A stretch of DNA of 62,676 nt, filler included, from Globobulimina sp. (GCA_003354225.1; 38 parts of 38 records of this genome joined end to end with filler, not necessarily neighbours in it), one strand, 5' to 3'. Shown: positions 39,293-52,870, counted from the first letter of the whole stretch. Notes: generated from the letters alone by a model not told the origin. Translations and numbers: made by a program.

Positions 39293-39780
39293 AATCGCTG
39301 GAAATCATGAAAATATATATGATATGGCAAGAAATTTCGGAGCCATCCAATAAATCTAAAACAAGGTTGTATGTACAACTGAAACAATATATGGTTGTAT
39401 GTACAAGTCTACAAATACTGTTTCCATTTGACCCTATATTGTTTCTATCTGACAGTATAGCGTTGTCATATGACCGTATATTGTTTCTATTTGTCCATAT
39501 TGTGTTTGCAAATCAATGGTATTTACAGCACAATTGGTACAAAGACAGACGCTCTACTTTANNNNNNNNNNNNNNNNNNNNNNNNNNNNNNNNNNNNNNN
39601 NNNNNTTAATTAATTAANNNNNNNNNNNNNNNNNNNNNNNNNNNNNNNNNNNNNNNNNNNNAAATATATTTACCGATTTCAGTTTGCTGTGGAGTTGAAA
39701 GCAGGTTTTTGCATAGACAAAAAAACCACATTTTTATTCCAACCCATCCTCAAACACTTCAATTCACAGATAAATACACC

Positions 39781-41002
39781 ATGAAGACTTTATTAGTTGG
39801 TACATTATTAGCTGCAGCACAAGCAAACGTCCAGCAGGTCCTATATATTGCATGCACGAACTAAAAAGAACGAAAAAAACACACAAAAACACCCCAAAAA
39901 AACAAAAATGCGTTTTTTAGTATTGGGCAGAACATAATTATATTTGCAATTTATGTGAACATTCGGTCGGATTTGTTGTAGGTGGCGGTGACATGGAAGA
40001 TTTCCTCGCCTCCAAAGATGGCGAAGGCAGAGTATTTTCCAGCGTCTTTCCCAAAGTAGGAACTCACCAAAATGAGATCTTAGCAATGAGTGCAGAATCG
40101 GGTATGAATGCGTATCAAATCTGCGAAGAATTGAATCTCTGCGGTGATTGGGTAGATGAGGAATTCTCGAAGCAACACGTCTGGGATCCAGAGTTAATTA
40201 AAACCGTCAACGACGATCCAGACTCGACGTGGAAAGCAGCATTGCCCAAACAATTCGAAGGCATGACATTAGCCGACATTCGTCGTACCCGATTAGGTGC
40301 AATCATCGATCCTGAGCATGTGTATAAAATCCCGGAGAAAGTAGCCACTGTCGGGCGTGCAGCACCCACCGATTTCAACAGTATCACTGCCTTCCCATAT
40401 TGCGCGGCAATCACTGGGCATATCCGGGACCAATCCAGTTGTGGCTCCTGTTGGGCGTTCGGGTCAACGGAGGCCTTCAATGACCGCATATGTATCAGCA
40501 ATATCACCCACGGCACCTTTACGCAGTTGGTGAGTGTGGAAGACACGAATGCGTGTTGCAGTGGGGCCTCTTGCGGATTTAGTAACGGTTGCAACGGCGG
40601 GTATGTTTTGTTTGTGCGAAAATGCGTATAAGTTTAATGCGAAACTGCGTATATATATTTAGTCAAAACACCGCAGCGTGGGGATGGTTCACGACCGCCG
40701 GGTGTCCATCGGGCGGCGATTACAACGACCGCGGTAAAACTGATACGTGCGAACCGTATAGTTTGCCGCCATGCGCTCATCATGTGACCAATGCGAGTTA
40801 TACGCCATGCCCAACGAGCGAGTATCATACACCTAAATGTACCTCGAAATGCACGAATACGGGATATGCAAAGACATGGAGTGCTGATAAACATTATGCT
40901 GCGAAATCGTATTCGTTGCGCTCTGTGGCTGCTATTATGCAAGATTTGGTGACTTATGGTTCTGTGACGGCTTCGTTTACGGTGTATCAAGATTTCTTGT
41001 CC
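39781..41002 (+). CDS. Cathepsin B-like cysteine protease, introns 39838-39920 and 40601-40662, truncated by a chimeric join
   Basis: Signal peptide, QSSCGSCWAFG active site, GCNGG, occluding-loop CAHH, VYQDFL. Confidence 0.95.
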
Positions 41003-41213
41003 ATGCACACTCTGCTCTTCCTGTAGAGCCTGTACAGTACGAATGGCAGCACGCAGAGGAACTGTGTAGCAAACCTGATGAGGTTCAGTTGGAAGGCTGG
41101 TACAATTCCCCCGAGAGCCTGTGCACAGCCTGCACTGATGACAAACGCCACACAAGCCAGCAGTGTCAGCAGACTCCCAATCAGTCTGAGCTGGGTGCTG
41201 GAAGACTGGGAAG
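41003..41213 (-). CDS. EamA/SLC35G-like transporter fragment of probable animal origin (frame absent from the ORF track)
   Basis: Minus frame reads RLIGSLLTLLACVAFVISAGCAQALGGIVPAFQLNLIRFATQFLCVLPF; composition differs from the flanking gene. Confidence 0.7.
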
Positions 41214-41916
41214 NNNNNNNNNNNNNNNNNNNNNNNNNNNNNNNNNNNNNNNNNNNNTTAATTAATTAANNNNNNNNNNNNNNNNNNNNNNNNNNNNNNN
41301 NNNNNNNNNNNNNGTGAAATCAACTAAACTTTACTTAATCGACTTTGAAGCAGACAGCTCCTTAAAAAAACTGCTGAAACTCGACAGAAAAGCTGTTACA
41401 ATGCATGGGCCTATGACTAGGACGTAGGCTTTCATTGAGATTGTAATTACAATGTATAGTAACATGGAAGGAATTGAATCAACAGTCAATATGTTTTATA
41501 CTCAATATATTACTGTAAATCGCGATAATTTAAATTATAAAGCAGCTGCACCATCATCAACGATGGGCGTCGTAGATGAACATGGAGGAATAGGTATATT
41601 TGTATTAATATCTATGCATATGATCAAAATATCAATTTGCATGCATGATTTACCAGTGATTGCATGTGCGTTTTTGCGCATATACACAAGAACCATATTA
41701 AAATGCAACATTTAGAGATTTTCAATTGTTCATAGTTAGCTAGCTCCAATTTATGTCAATATTATATATGAATAACAATTGGCAATCTCTAAGTATGCAG
41801 GTGGCTGTTTCCAAAATAAATGAATAATATAAACAGGATTATTATGGAAAATGTTGGTCTTGTATTCATTGGTAAAAGTCTCGAAAATATCCATTTCCGC
41901 GTCATACCTTTATACA

Positions 41917-42531
41917 ATGCTAATCTGTGCGATATCTTTTGGTTAAGTTTATATACATTTACTCAAACAAAAGTAAATTATGTCTTATTTTTAAATCTCT
42001 TATGTAAGCTGTTTTTAATCGTTTTTCACCGCATAAACAGGAACAACAATGGCATTAAACACAACATTATCAGATTGGCTGCAAATAAATGTGGAATTAT
42101 CAGATGCTAACAGTGGAATGATTTGTGGTTTCCAGTCGTCGACAAATAACGTATTTATGCTTGGTGGAGATTCAGATAGCACACAATTATCACATTTCAA
42201 CATTATCAACAATTCCATGACATATTATGCACCTTTAAATATGTCAATATCTGGCCGTTATGGCGAGAGCTATGTGCAACATAACAATTCCATCTATTTC
42301 TTGCACAATTACTTAATTGGTGAGTTCAATATGAATACACAATCAGTGCAATATCCGTTGTTTGCAGACTTATGCCGTGTCGAAGGACGGAGAGCATGTC
42401 TGTCCATCGCAAATGACGGGAGATATTTATTTGTGGTGGGTGGACAAACCGGAGCCAACGGCAAATTGTCAGAATTCCACATTTATGATCTGCAAAATGG
42501 TGACCCCTGGTTTAATGGGCCAGATATGAAT
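41917..42531 (+). CDS. Secreted kelch-repeat protein, intron 41942-42040
   Basis: Spliced leader MLICAISFGTTMA; blades VFMLGG and LFVVGG..YDL..WFNGPDM. Confidence 0.75.
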
Positions 42532-42864
42532 GCTATCCGTCCTGATGAGCAGCCAGATAATCTTCATTCCTATTATGTGGATCAATGGGATTGGGAAATG
42601 GCTATACCTGAAGAAAGCCGTAATATTGAATTCCTTAAGAGAGTAGTAAAGAAAATCTATTCTACTCTTGTAGCTACAGAATTCCTGGTATATGAAAGCT
42701 ATCCTGAAATCAAACCGATCCTTCCCGAAGATATTACATTTCTTCATGCTGAAGAATTATGTCAGAAGTATCCTGATTTATCTCCTATGGAACGGGAATC
42801 AAAAGTGGCTAAAGAATATGGTGCAGTATTTATAATGGGTATTGGAGCAGACCTTTCAGATGGC
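42523..42864 (+). CDS. asnA: Bacterial aspartate-ammonia ligase fragment, fused in frame to the kelch gene
   Basis: DMNAIRPDE..NLHSYYVDQWDWE, LPEDITFLHAEEL..YPDL, EYGAVFIMGIG..LSDG. Confidence 0.95.
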
Positions 42865-42964
42865 NNNNNNNNNNNNNNNNNNNNNNNNNNNNNNNNNNNN
42901 NNNNNNNNTTAATTAATTAANNNNNNNNNNNNNNNNNNNNNNNNNNNNNNNNNNNNNNNNNNNN

Positions 42965-43525
42965 CCACAAATTGCCAAATGCCTGTAACACTGCGCCCAA
43001 ATCACTGGGCCCCAAACCTGTGGCTAATAGCAAATAAGCGAAGGCAATTACTAACACCAGACCTACCTATATACAACATTGCAATTGCAAGCATAATGGT
43101 GATGTGTTATTAATTAATTAATATATATATATCCTTGCACACACAGACAGATCGAGCTTAACAATGATATAAAACAATATATTTAATTTAATTGCATCCA
43201 ATAACCTCTCTTTTGTACTGAAACCGCCAGATTTAACGTATGCGGATTGGAATGGAGTTAGAATCCACGTTAAAAAAAAACAAAACCAATATAATCCAAA
43301 ATAAAATGGCAACATTCCGTTTTTATTACCAACATGCGGTCGTAAATCAATTGGTAATATGTACACAATGGAAAAGCATAAGGTCCATGATAGCCACACT
43401 ATAAATCGAGCATGTTTAGGCACTGAGATGTGTGCGTATGCTCGCAATAAAAAAGTTGTTAATAATAATAATATTATTGTCGCTAGGATGATGTATGGGA
43501 TTAAACCTAAATCATCCGCTGGCAT
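42965..43525 (-). CDS. LMBR1-like membrane protein (LMBRD2-type), intron 43067-43162, 3' partial
   Basis: WTLCFSIVYILPIDL, YWFCFFLTWILTPFQSAYVKSGGFS..RLLDAIKLN. Confidence 0.85.
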
Positions 43526-43703
43526 GATTCAATTGAGCGTTGTAAGTAGAATTGAAAAAAAACATTGAATAAAAAAAACCATTTTAAATCATTCCTTCCT
43601 GTCCGTTAAAAAAAGATTCAAATTGTTTGCTCATTGCAGACGAAGAATATATCTGAGAAAATTCATCAACGAATCTTAGCCTCAGCAAAAAAAATCATAC
43701 GGA

Positions 43704-44515
<812 letters not shown>

Positions 44516-44615
44516 NNNNNNNNNNNNNNNNNNNNNNNNNNNNNNNNNNNNNNNNNNNNTTAATTAATTAANNNNNNNNNNNNNNNNNNNNNNNNNNNNN
44601 NNNNNNNNNNNNNNN

Positions 44616-45747
44616 TACTTTTCGGTGGATTATAGATGTACGAAATTATCGAGACGCGCATCCAGATCATCCACAAAATATGTTAGCAAAAGAAATATTA
44701 AAAACTGTACCTGTTGGTACTCGACAATTATACTTTGATTATGCAGCATCAAATGAGTGGGATAGATATTCTTTAAACACATTAATATCATTCGCAAAAC
44801 ACACATATCAGCCACCTGCCACTGTTGATCCCTTATTAGAAAAGATTAAAAAGATAATAATCCGCAAAAACGAAAATCCAGTGCGCGTTTATAATAAAAT
44901 CCGATGTTGCTTCAAACAGATTGAGCAAATCATAGATATTTTAAATGATGACTACGAAGAAGGAGACGAGCGCGAAATTCATCATATTACAAACAGAGAA
45001 ACATATAATTTATTAATAAAATGTTTTGTAGAAAATAATAACCGATATAAATATTATAATGATGGCCTATTAAATAATATTACTCGCCGCGAAATAACCA
45101 AACAAAATCCAATAAATTTAGCTGGATTAACTAGAGCCATTATGCAGCTACCTACAAAATTACAGCCGCGCTGCGAAATAAATAACCCGCAATACCAATT
45201 TATTAATTATAATGACCATGATATAAATTTATTTAATTTACCTGCAAATCAACCAAATCCATACGCAAATGATGCAAATCTATATACAAATGATGTTAAT
45301 ATCCGTGATGATAATGGTTACGATGATAATCGAGATAACCGCGAAAGCAATGAACATATTTCTGGCAAAAAGCGACCGCGGGATCCAGTCGACGCAAATA
45401 TTGCCAGTCCAGCAAAACGTTTCCGTTCCGTACGAGGTACCTTTAGGTGTTATAGATGTGGCAGAAAAGGCCACTATTCCCGCGATTGTACGGTTGCAGC
45501 GACTGTAACCAATGCAAAAATCAACGACGATAATAATACAATTACACGACCACAATCTGATGAAAAAAATGAGCAAAACAAACACAAAAAACATACATTT
45601 ACATTAACAATTGAACAAAATCCGCCATATTCATTCATCAAAGACGATAAAAATAAGAAACGTAATAAAAATAACAATAATAATTCATCTCAGTATCCCC
45701 GGAGTGCTAAACAAAGTGTTGAGATATCTTTCGCCGCCACAGAATAG
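44616..45747 (+). mobile_element. Gag-like ORF with CCHC zinc knuckle (retroelement fragment)
   Basis: CYRCGRKGHYSRDC after a helical capsid-like region; intronless; no pol or LTR visible. Confidence 0.55.
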
Positions 45748-46266
45748 ACCGCAAAACAAAATATTGCCCACAAACAAATTTTTACCCACAAACACGAAAT
45801 ATTTAATTTTAGCTGCTTTTGCCGCATATTCTAATATTTATGATACATTTTTAGCTGTTGTTGATATTGAAGATGACTTTGGGTGTCATGGCACTACGTT
45901 TTTTTGTTTAGTAGTTGGTGTTATGGTTGGTTTTGTTATTTGATTGCAGTGGAAAACAATTTGGGGAGAAAAGAAATGAAATTTTTATTTCAGATTCATT
46001 TAAGGCTAAAAATACACACTTAGGTTTTTTTAAATTTTAACTTAAATATAATTTAGCTACACGCGCCAAACTCAACGACTTATTACTTCAGTTGATTGTG
46101 CATCCAACGAGCTAATAATATAATAGGTTTATTCAATGATGAAGGGAAATTGGATATCAGAAAGGTNNNNNNNNNNNNNNNNNNNNNNNNNNNNNNNNNN
46201 NNNNNNNNNNTTAATTAATTAANNNNNNNNNNNNNNNNNNNNNNNNNNNNNNNNNNNNNNNNNNNN

Positions 46267-47817
46267 TGATACGACTCCAAGCAATCGGAGGCCAAGGGAT
46301 TCATCAAACATTTGGGTGTGGTGCAAAGAAAGAAGAATAAATCCAATGGCTTGGCGGCTATCCACGGCTGGAATAACAATCAAATCGAAGGCGTCCGCAT
46401 TACGGCCCATGCGCACGCTTTGTTGTATGGGCGGAGACCGTTTGAATCCATCATCTGCGATTTATGCGACTCGGACTGGAACGGCTCATCGTGGCATTGT
46501 AAGAATGGCTGCGATTTCGATACCTGTCATAATTGTTTTGTTAAATACTTAAAACAGAAACAATTATATCGCTGCATCTTGTATTTACGCGCGAAATATG
46601 ATAATATTAAGTTAGTGAAAAAAAAGCATAATAATATTACGTTATATTCTGAATTGTTTTACGATGATATTAAAAAGTTGCAGTTGAAATCCTCGCTGTT
46701 ATTATCTGCCATTCACCAATATTTATTTTATTCTTATTCGACGTATATTTATCCCCGCATTATGGACTTAGTCCAGATAATATTACAAGTGATCAATCCG
46801 TTGCAGGTTCAGTCTCTATCCAAAGACATTCAGTTGGCGCTGTTCCAGTTGTTTAACACTGACAATGTGACGCATAAATTGCCCAAATATATCGAGGTCT
46901 CATTGCGTTTCCCGCAATATGTACAGTTGTCATTTTGGAGCTTATTAAATTCATTCTTACGCACCAGAAATAATTGCGATGAGCTATACATCCATGCATT
47001 AAAACATTTGCGTCAGTTGAAAAAAGCCTATATTTATGGCAACAATACGTCGCAATGCATGGTCTGGATCACGGCGACGGCAATGAATGGATTGTTGGAT
47101 TGGACACAAATTGTGTATCGCAGTAAGAAAATCGATGAGATTTACGATGCATTGCTGTCGTTTCCCTTGTTAGCTGACGGTGAGGGTGAGACTGATACGG
47201 ACGTTGCGATGAATAATAAGTCAATGTCTCCATCGACGACGGTCTTCAATATGTCGACCTCCGCATTTGATGAGTTTCACATTAAGTGTTTGGTGCAGTT
47301 ATTATCGCTAAAATCGCCGCGCTGGAAATCATGGTTACAGAGCAAGTTGAAATATTTTAAAAATAAATATGAACAGAAACAGGCCGAATATGAGAATGGC
47401 GATGAATTCGTATCGTTGAATAAAGCGCGAAAACGAAGGAGCAATGATGCCAATGATACGTTTCAATGCAATGTAAGTTTCGACGAGTTTGACCGTGGCT
47501 ATTTACTGAATCTGCTCAAGTTTTATGAGTATTTAACGTTTGTGGAGCCCGGCGTTAAGGACAATGCCGTGTCGGTGATGGCGAATTCCTTTTTATATGA
47601 CGCGGATCAGAGGAATATTTTGGTGCGCTTTTTCAGTCAATTTTCGTCATTGACGCAGTATTTGCACGAATTGCGAGACTTTTGGCCGCCAGAATCGAGC
47701 AAATCGGCCTCGCCGAATAAGAATAGGTCAATTCAAGTGATGTCAGCACAGCAGGTATTAGCTACCAATATGACGGCGCATAAGAAACCGAAGAAACATA
47801 AGAAACGTAAGAAATTT
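46267..47817 (+). CDS. Large protein fragment with ZZ/DC1-type zinc finger
   Basis: HAHAL...CDLC...WHCKNGCDFDTCHNC. Confidence 0.65.
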
Positions 47818-48124
47818 NNNNNNNNNNNNNNNNNNNNNNNNNNNNNNNNNNNNNNNNNNNNTTAATTAATTAANNNNNNNNNNNNNNNNNNNNNNNNNNN
47901 NNNNNNNNNNNNNNNNNACTTATGTTCAACAAATACATAATATAATATTGGATTTCTAGATTTTTTATCATTATGAACGCCTTGTTACTATGTTCAAATA
48001 TGAATCCCAAAATATGCGGTTTTTCACAACTGTGTACCCGTAAGGCATTTTGCTCAGAAAGTTTTAAGTTTTAATGTGCAAACTAATTTATTTTAAGTCA
48101 TATTAATTGCAAGCAATCACATTA

Positions 48125-49468
48125 TTACATTATTTGAGTCGAAGTAACAATATCAACATCTTGCTGATTGAGGTTTTTATTTTGATTTTTATCCATAATT
48201 TCGACAATAAGTTTTTTCCGATGATATTTGGAGGTAAACACATAAATCTTAACCATCACTTTATCGAATATTTGATATTTAATGCTCGGCGGAGTAATTT
48301 TATGTAAAATCAATTGCTTAGAATCAAAATTCCATTCTTGTTTATTATGTAAATAAATGCGTCGTTCCATGCAATATTTTGCAACAAAGACATTTAAGCA
48401 ATTTGCATCAATTCCAGATATAATGGCACTGCAAACAACTGCTTTCTTCTCATCACTATTCGTAACATTATCGAAATAAATCAAGGTATACAAATTAGCA
48501 GATGCTCGATTAATATATTGAGCCAACCGATGTCTGCGATTTATTGAAGTCACGATATTGTTCATTAATTTTAGATTTTTGAGGTTTATGATGGACTCAT
48601 TGTAACCACAGCAATACGCCAATTGTCTATGTACAATGATGTCGGCGTACCTTCGTATTGGAGATGTAAAATGTGTATATATCGACGAGGCTAAACCATA
48701 ATGTCCGAAATCTGTCTTATTTTTAATGCTTCCGGATATGAAATATATCGCTTGGCTCATACACCGTGTGGTTATTATTCGTATCAATTCATTCAATGAT
48801 TTATCCGATTTATCCACGCAGGAATCCAACGACTCTGACAACGTTTTGCTGGATTCGGCGTTGATGCGAAATCCTTTAATCGATGCATATTTTATCAACG
48901 GCACTAACATTTGTTTTGTTGGCGAGGGATGTCGCCGTAACATAGCAAACGATGGGAAAGCAACCAATATTTTCTTCGCCACTGAAATATTGGCCAACAG
49001 CATAAACTCCTCAATCATGGAATTGGTGTCGTACATTTTATATGCTGTCAACGAGGATGGTTTGGATTTTGAAGATAACTTAAATTTTGGCTGCATCGAC
49101 GACAGCGATAATGCACCATTTTCATGCCTTTCTTTTTTTAATATCTGCGCAATGAATAATAAGTTGCGCAGTGATGTGGCCATTTGCGACTTATTATTTT
49201 TATCATTAATGACATTTTGTGCTTGTTGATAGGACAACGCTGCCACGGATTTGATGACGCATCGACTAAACGAGGTGCTCACAATATTTATTTTGTCTTT
49301 TGTTACTTTATCAATACTGATCTCCCAAAATACGCTGAACGATAAACGTATTTTGTTTGCTTGCAATGAGCACAAATCCGTCGACAATAAAGAAGGCAAC
49401 ATATCAATCCTTCGGTCGATTAAGTAAACAGAAGTGCCTCTTTTTGCTGCTTCCACATCCAAGGCATT
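48125..49468 (-). CDS. DIS3: Exosome exoribonuclease DIS3/RRP44, RNB domain and C-terminus
   Basis: RGTSVYLIDRRIDMLP, SMIEEFMLLAN, HYGLA..YTHFTSPIRRYADIIVHR. Confidence 0.95.
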   Translation of the reverse strand, partial: NALDVEAAKRGTSVYLIDRRIDMLPSLLSTDLCSLQANKIRLSFSVFWEISIDKVTKDKINIVSTSFSRCVIKSVAALSYQQAQNVINDKNNKSQMATSLRNLLFIAQILKKERHENGALSLSSMQPKFKLSSKSKPSSLTAYKMYDTNSMIEEFMLLANISVAKKILVAFPSFAMLRRHPSPTKQMLVPLIKYASIKGFRINAESSKTLSESLDSCVDKSDKSLNELIRIITTRCMSQAIYFISGSIKNKTDFGHYGLASSIYTHFTSPIRRYADIIVHRQLAYCCGYNESIINLKNLKLMNNIVTSINRRHRLAQYINRASANLYTLIYFDNVTNSDEKKAVVCSAIISGIDANCLNVFVAKYCMERRIYLHNKQEWNFDSKQLILHKITPPSIKYQIFDKVMVKIYVFTSKYHRKKLIVEIMDKNQNKNLNQQDVDIVTSTQIM

Positions 49469-49699
49469 NNNNNNNNNNNNNNNNNNNNNNNNNNNNNNNN
49501 NNNNNNNNNNNNTTAATTAATTAANNNNNNNNNNNNNNNNNNNNNNNNNNNNNNNNNNNNNNNNNNNNTACATCTTTTTCTTATATTTTCCAGTTGACCA
49601 AAGGATATCAGTTCATCAACGAGAGAGTCGTCCGCGAGGGACTGCGGGCCGTCAGCGTGGCTCAGGGAATCGACACCAGTGATCTCCAGAAATGCCAAC

Positions 49700-50065
49700 G
49701 CGGCAACATCTGATGGTAGACCTGTATCCAAAGTTGTTTCTCCTTTGGCATTGTTCCAATGTAATAATATATTTCTCAGGAACATGTGAGATAGGCACAG
49801 TGGAGCCAACATGTTTGGTGCTAGCGAAGATTCTCTCCAATCTGGACACGAAATTTGACTCTTGTTCCGTGCACGGTTGGCTTGTTAATACGTATCCTTC
49901 TCCGTCAATGCAACAATACAGTTTGACATTTGTGTCGCTAAATTGATTTATGAAGTTCCTCCACGACTGTAATGTCAGAAATGATGGGCCATTCGCAGGT
50001 AATGACACTTGGATATTCAAACAAATGCAGGTCAATAATATCATGAGTGGATTTGGTATCATCAT
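49700..50065 (-). CDS. Secreted hypothetical protein N-terminus, probably cut by a chimeric join near 49700
   Basis: Signal-peptide-like MMIPNPLMILLTCICLNIQVS; composition shift below 49705. Confidence 0.45.
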
Positions 50066-50152
50066 GTTGTACGTGTTAGTGGTTTTTTCAGATCACTGAT
50101 GGATACAAAAAGAGTGTTTGGTAACTTTGAGTATCTTTTATCAATTATCACC

Positions 50153-51119
50153 ATGTCTTCTACTGGTAGCTGGACATGCAGTTTATGCACATTTTCTAAC
50201 CAGAATGCCAGTTTAAAATGTGAAATGTGCGATTATCCACATAAACCGCCTCAACAACAAGCAATGCCAAACGATAATAATAACCAACATGACGAGGTAT
50301 AGTTCCACATTCAACAAACACACTAATTTCCCCATTACATCCAACAACTATAGCAATCTGCAGTGGACAATCCTGCTCAAAATAGTTGGAGCTGTGCGCA
50401 TTGCACCGGAAATAATAACCATACCCATTTATTTTGTGTGGTTTGTGGATTTAAAAAAGGTTATGATCCGTCCACCGATCCCAGAAACAAAAACAAACCA
50501 AAAGCACAAAGCAGTATTGATCATAATAAGAATAATAACATTAATTATGAAGTTAAAGAAGTCAAAGAACCGCCAGCACAAATTATGAATGCTGATGATT
50601 ATAACATTGGTGACAAAGTATTGTATCCCACAAAATATATCGAATTACAAAATGATTTACCACACTATAAAAATTATCCAACGCCAACACAAAACCCAAG
50701 CAAATATAGCCTCGGTTGTATATTATCGATGAATGAAATTAATTCTATATTCACCATAACTGATATCATATTAAATAACAATACAAATATTTCAATTCAT
50801 TGTGCTTTACTCTGTAAGTTCAACTTGCGACAATATGACACATTCCGTCGTGGAGCATCCATTTCTTTTTACAATGAATCAAAGCAGGATTGGACAGAGG
50901 GCAGAATTGAATCCATTATTGATACCAATGTCGGTATCCAATATGCAAAGGATTCGTGGATAATGGTTCCGATATATTTTATTAAAGAATTTGAAGAGTT
51001 GAAAGAAGATGAATGGACATCAGTTTCTGACTTTGTATTTAAAGAATATGTACGCGATGTTGCTACAGAATTAGCTCAGCAATCAATCCAATCCTCGCAC
51101 AATGCGGATGCTGATACCA
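50153..51119 (+). CDS. RanBP2/NZF zinc-finger protein, intron 50297-50353 (3' partial)
   Basis: WTCSLCTFSN..CEMC and WSCAHCTGNN..CVVC; later Tudor-like segment. Confidence 0.85.
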
Positions 51120-51219
51120 NNNNNNNNNNNNNNNNNNNNNNNNNNNNNNNNNNNNNNNNNNNNTTAATTAATTAANNNNNNNNNNNNNNNNNNNNNNNNN
51201 NNNNNNNNNNNNNNNNNNN

Positions 51220-52770
51220 AATAGGTTTTGTACAATCAAATGTATCATTTGCGGACAAATTAATCGTACATTTAGGTTGCAATCGATCACGATCGAATTG
51301 TATGACAATGGTTGAGGTACCGTTGCCAATATTTAATGCTTTATCCCATTCGATATACACCATTGCATCCAAATGCGTCGACGTCGCGATCGATTCGCTA
51401 ATATTGATAAAAACATACATTTGTAGGCCAGGATATATTGCATCAAATGGCATCTCTGTATATCCATTGTCTTGTTTGGTTTTGAATAATAAGTCAATGG
51501 GTACTCGAATTATATCGATTGGAATCTCATCTGTTAACAAATATGTATCATCGGAGTATAAATCAATTATAAAACGAGAATCTTCATTATATGGTTGAAT
51601 GCCTATTCCCTCATTGCATGGATATGGATCACTTCCAAATGCATTATAATCCACAACCAGACACTCTTTATCATGCTCATCATCATAATCATAGAATAAA
51701 TACATTGTATGATTAATATGTAATAAATCATTAAACAAATCAATAATGGAATATGTTTGATATATCTTATCGTCAATGATATTAACTGAGATGTTAATAA
51801 TTCCACCGACATGAACGTAATTATCCATTTGCACGGATACATTTTGTATTTGCCGTTTCCATATTTTATTAGATGGTGCATTTGTAATTAAATTGACATC
51901 AAATGAATAGACATCAAACAAATAACGATTATTTTCAATTGATTTATATGTCATATTCCATGGTATTATTATTGCCTCTTTAAAGCAAGGAGCTGTTATG
52001 TTTTCTGTTAAGTTAATGAAACATTCCCCACTCTCAAAATATATGCTCATAATTTGTATATTATGTTCGTTACCGATATTGAAACCTGAATCCCATTCAA
52101 AATATATATCTGCTTTTGCTGGTAATAATAGCTCCGTATTGGTATTGGTAATAAACCATGTTGCATTTAAATGAAATCCCGGATAAAATGGCGTTTCTTG
52201 AAAAACGATTGCTTCTTTGTTCTCATCCAAGAAAACTAAGTGCAAATTAGCTCTAACAATGGAAACGTTAAATTCATCGCTAACTAAATATGTATCGCTT
52301 GAATCTAAATAAATAAATCCAAATTGCACGTCTTTACTTGGATGGATGGGGCCTATGCCATGGCTGCATGCTGCAGTCATATTTGTATTTGTATTATGAT
52401 TATAAATCACACATTTTGCAATTGATAATAAGGCAATGTCATATGTTATGCGCATTGTTGCATTGATAGCAAATTCGTTTGAATATAAATGAATTATGCT
52501 TTGTGATTGAAATATTTTAGTATTTAGTATGGTTATATTTGAGAAACGAATATAACTTCCAACTGCAACGGATTCGCTCTCTATTGTTATTGATAAATTT
52601 TGTATGTTTCTGTGAAACACAAATGTCGTTTCTCCACTAAATAAATTCTTATTATTGTTATTAGTTTTATTCGCTGTCAATAATGTAACCTCGTAACTAT
52701 TTTTATCAATATCATAGGTCGCTAACTCTGTAATTTCAATGCCTCGGTCACAATCGATGCATAAATCATT
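51220..52770 (-). CDS. Internal fragment of a large repeat-built, probably extracellular protein
   Basis: DTYL..YPG..EWD..NIGN motifs recur about 249 aa apart; many N-x-S/T sequons. Confidence 0.7.
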
Positions 52771-52870
52771 NNNNNNNNNNNNNNNNNNNNNNNNNNNNNN
52801 NNNNNNNNNNNNNNTTAATTAATTAANNNNNNNNNNNNNNNNNNNNNNNNNNNNNNNNNNNNNNNNNNNN

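Noticed and set aside
39420..39500. Imperfect 21/42-nt tandem repeats
   Set aside because: Too short and degenerate to assign.
43110..43121. TTAATTAATTAA without flanking Ns
   Set aside because: It lies in an AT-rich intron; chance occurrence.
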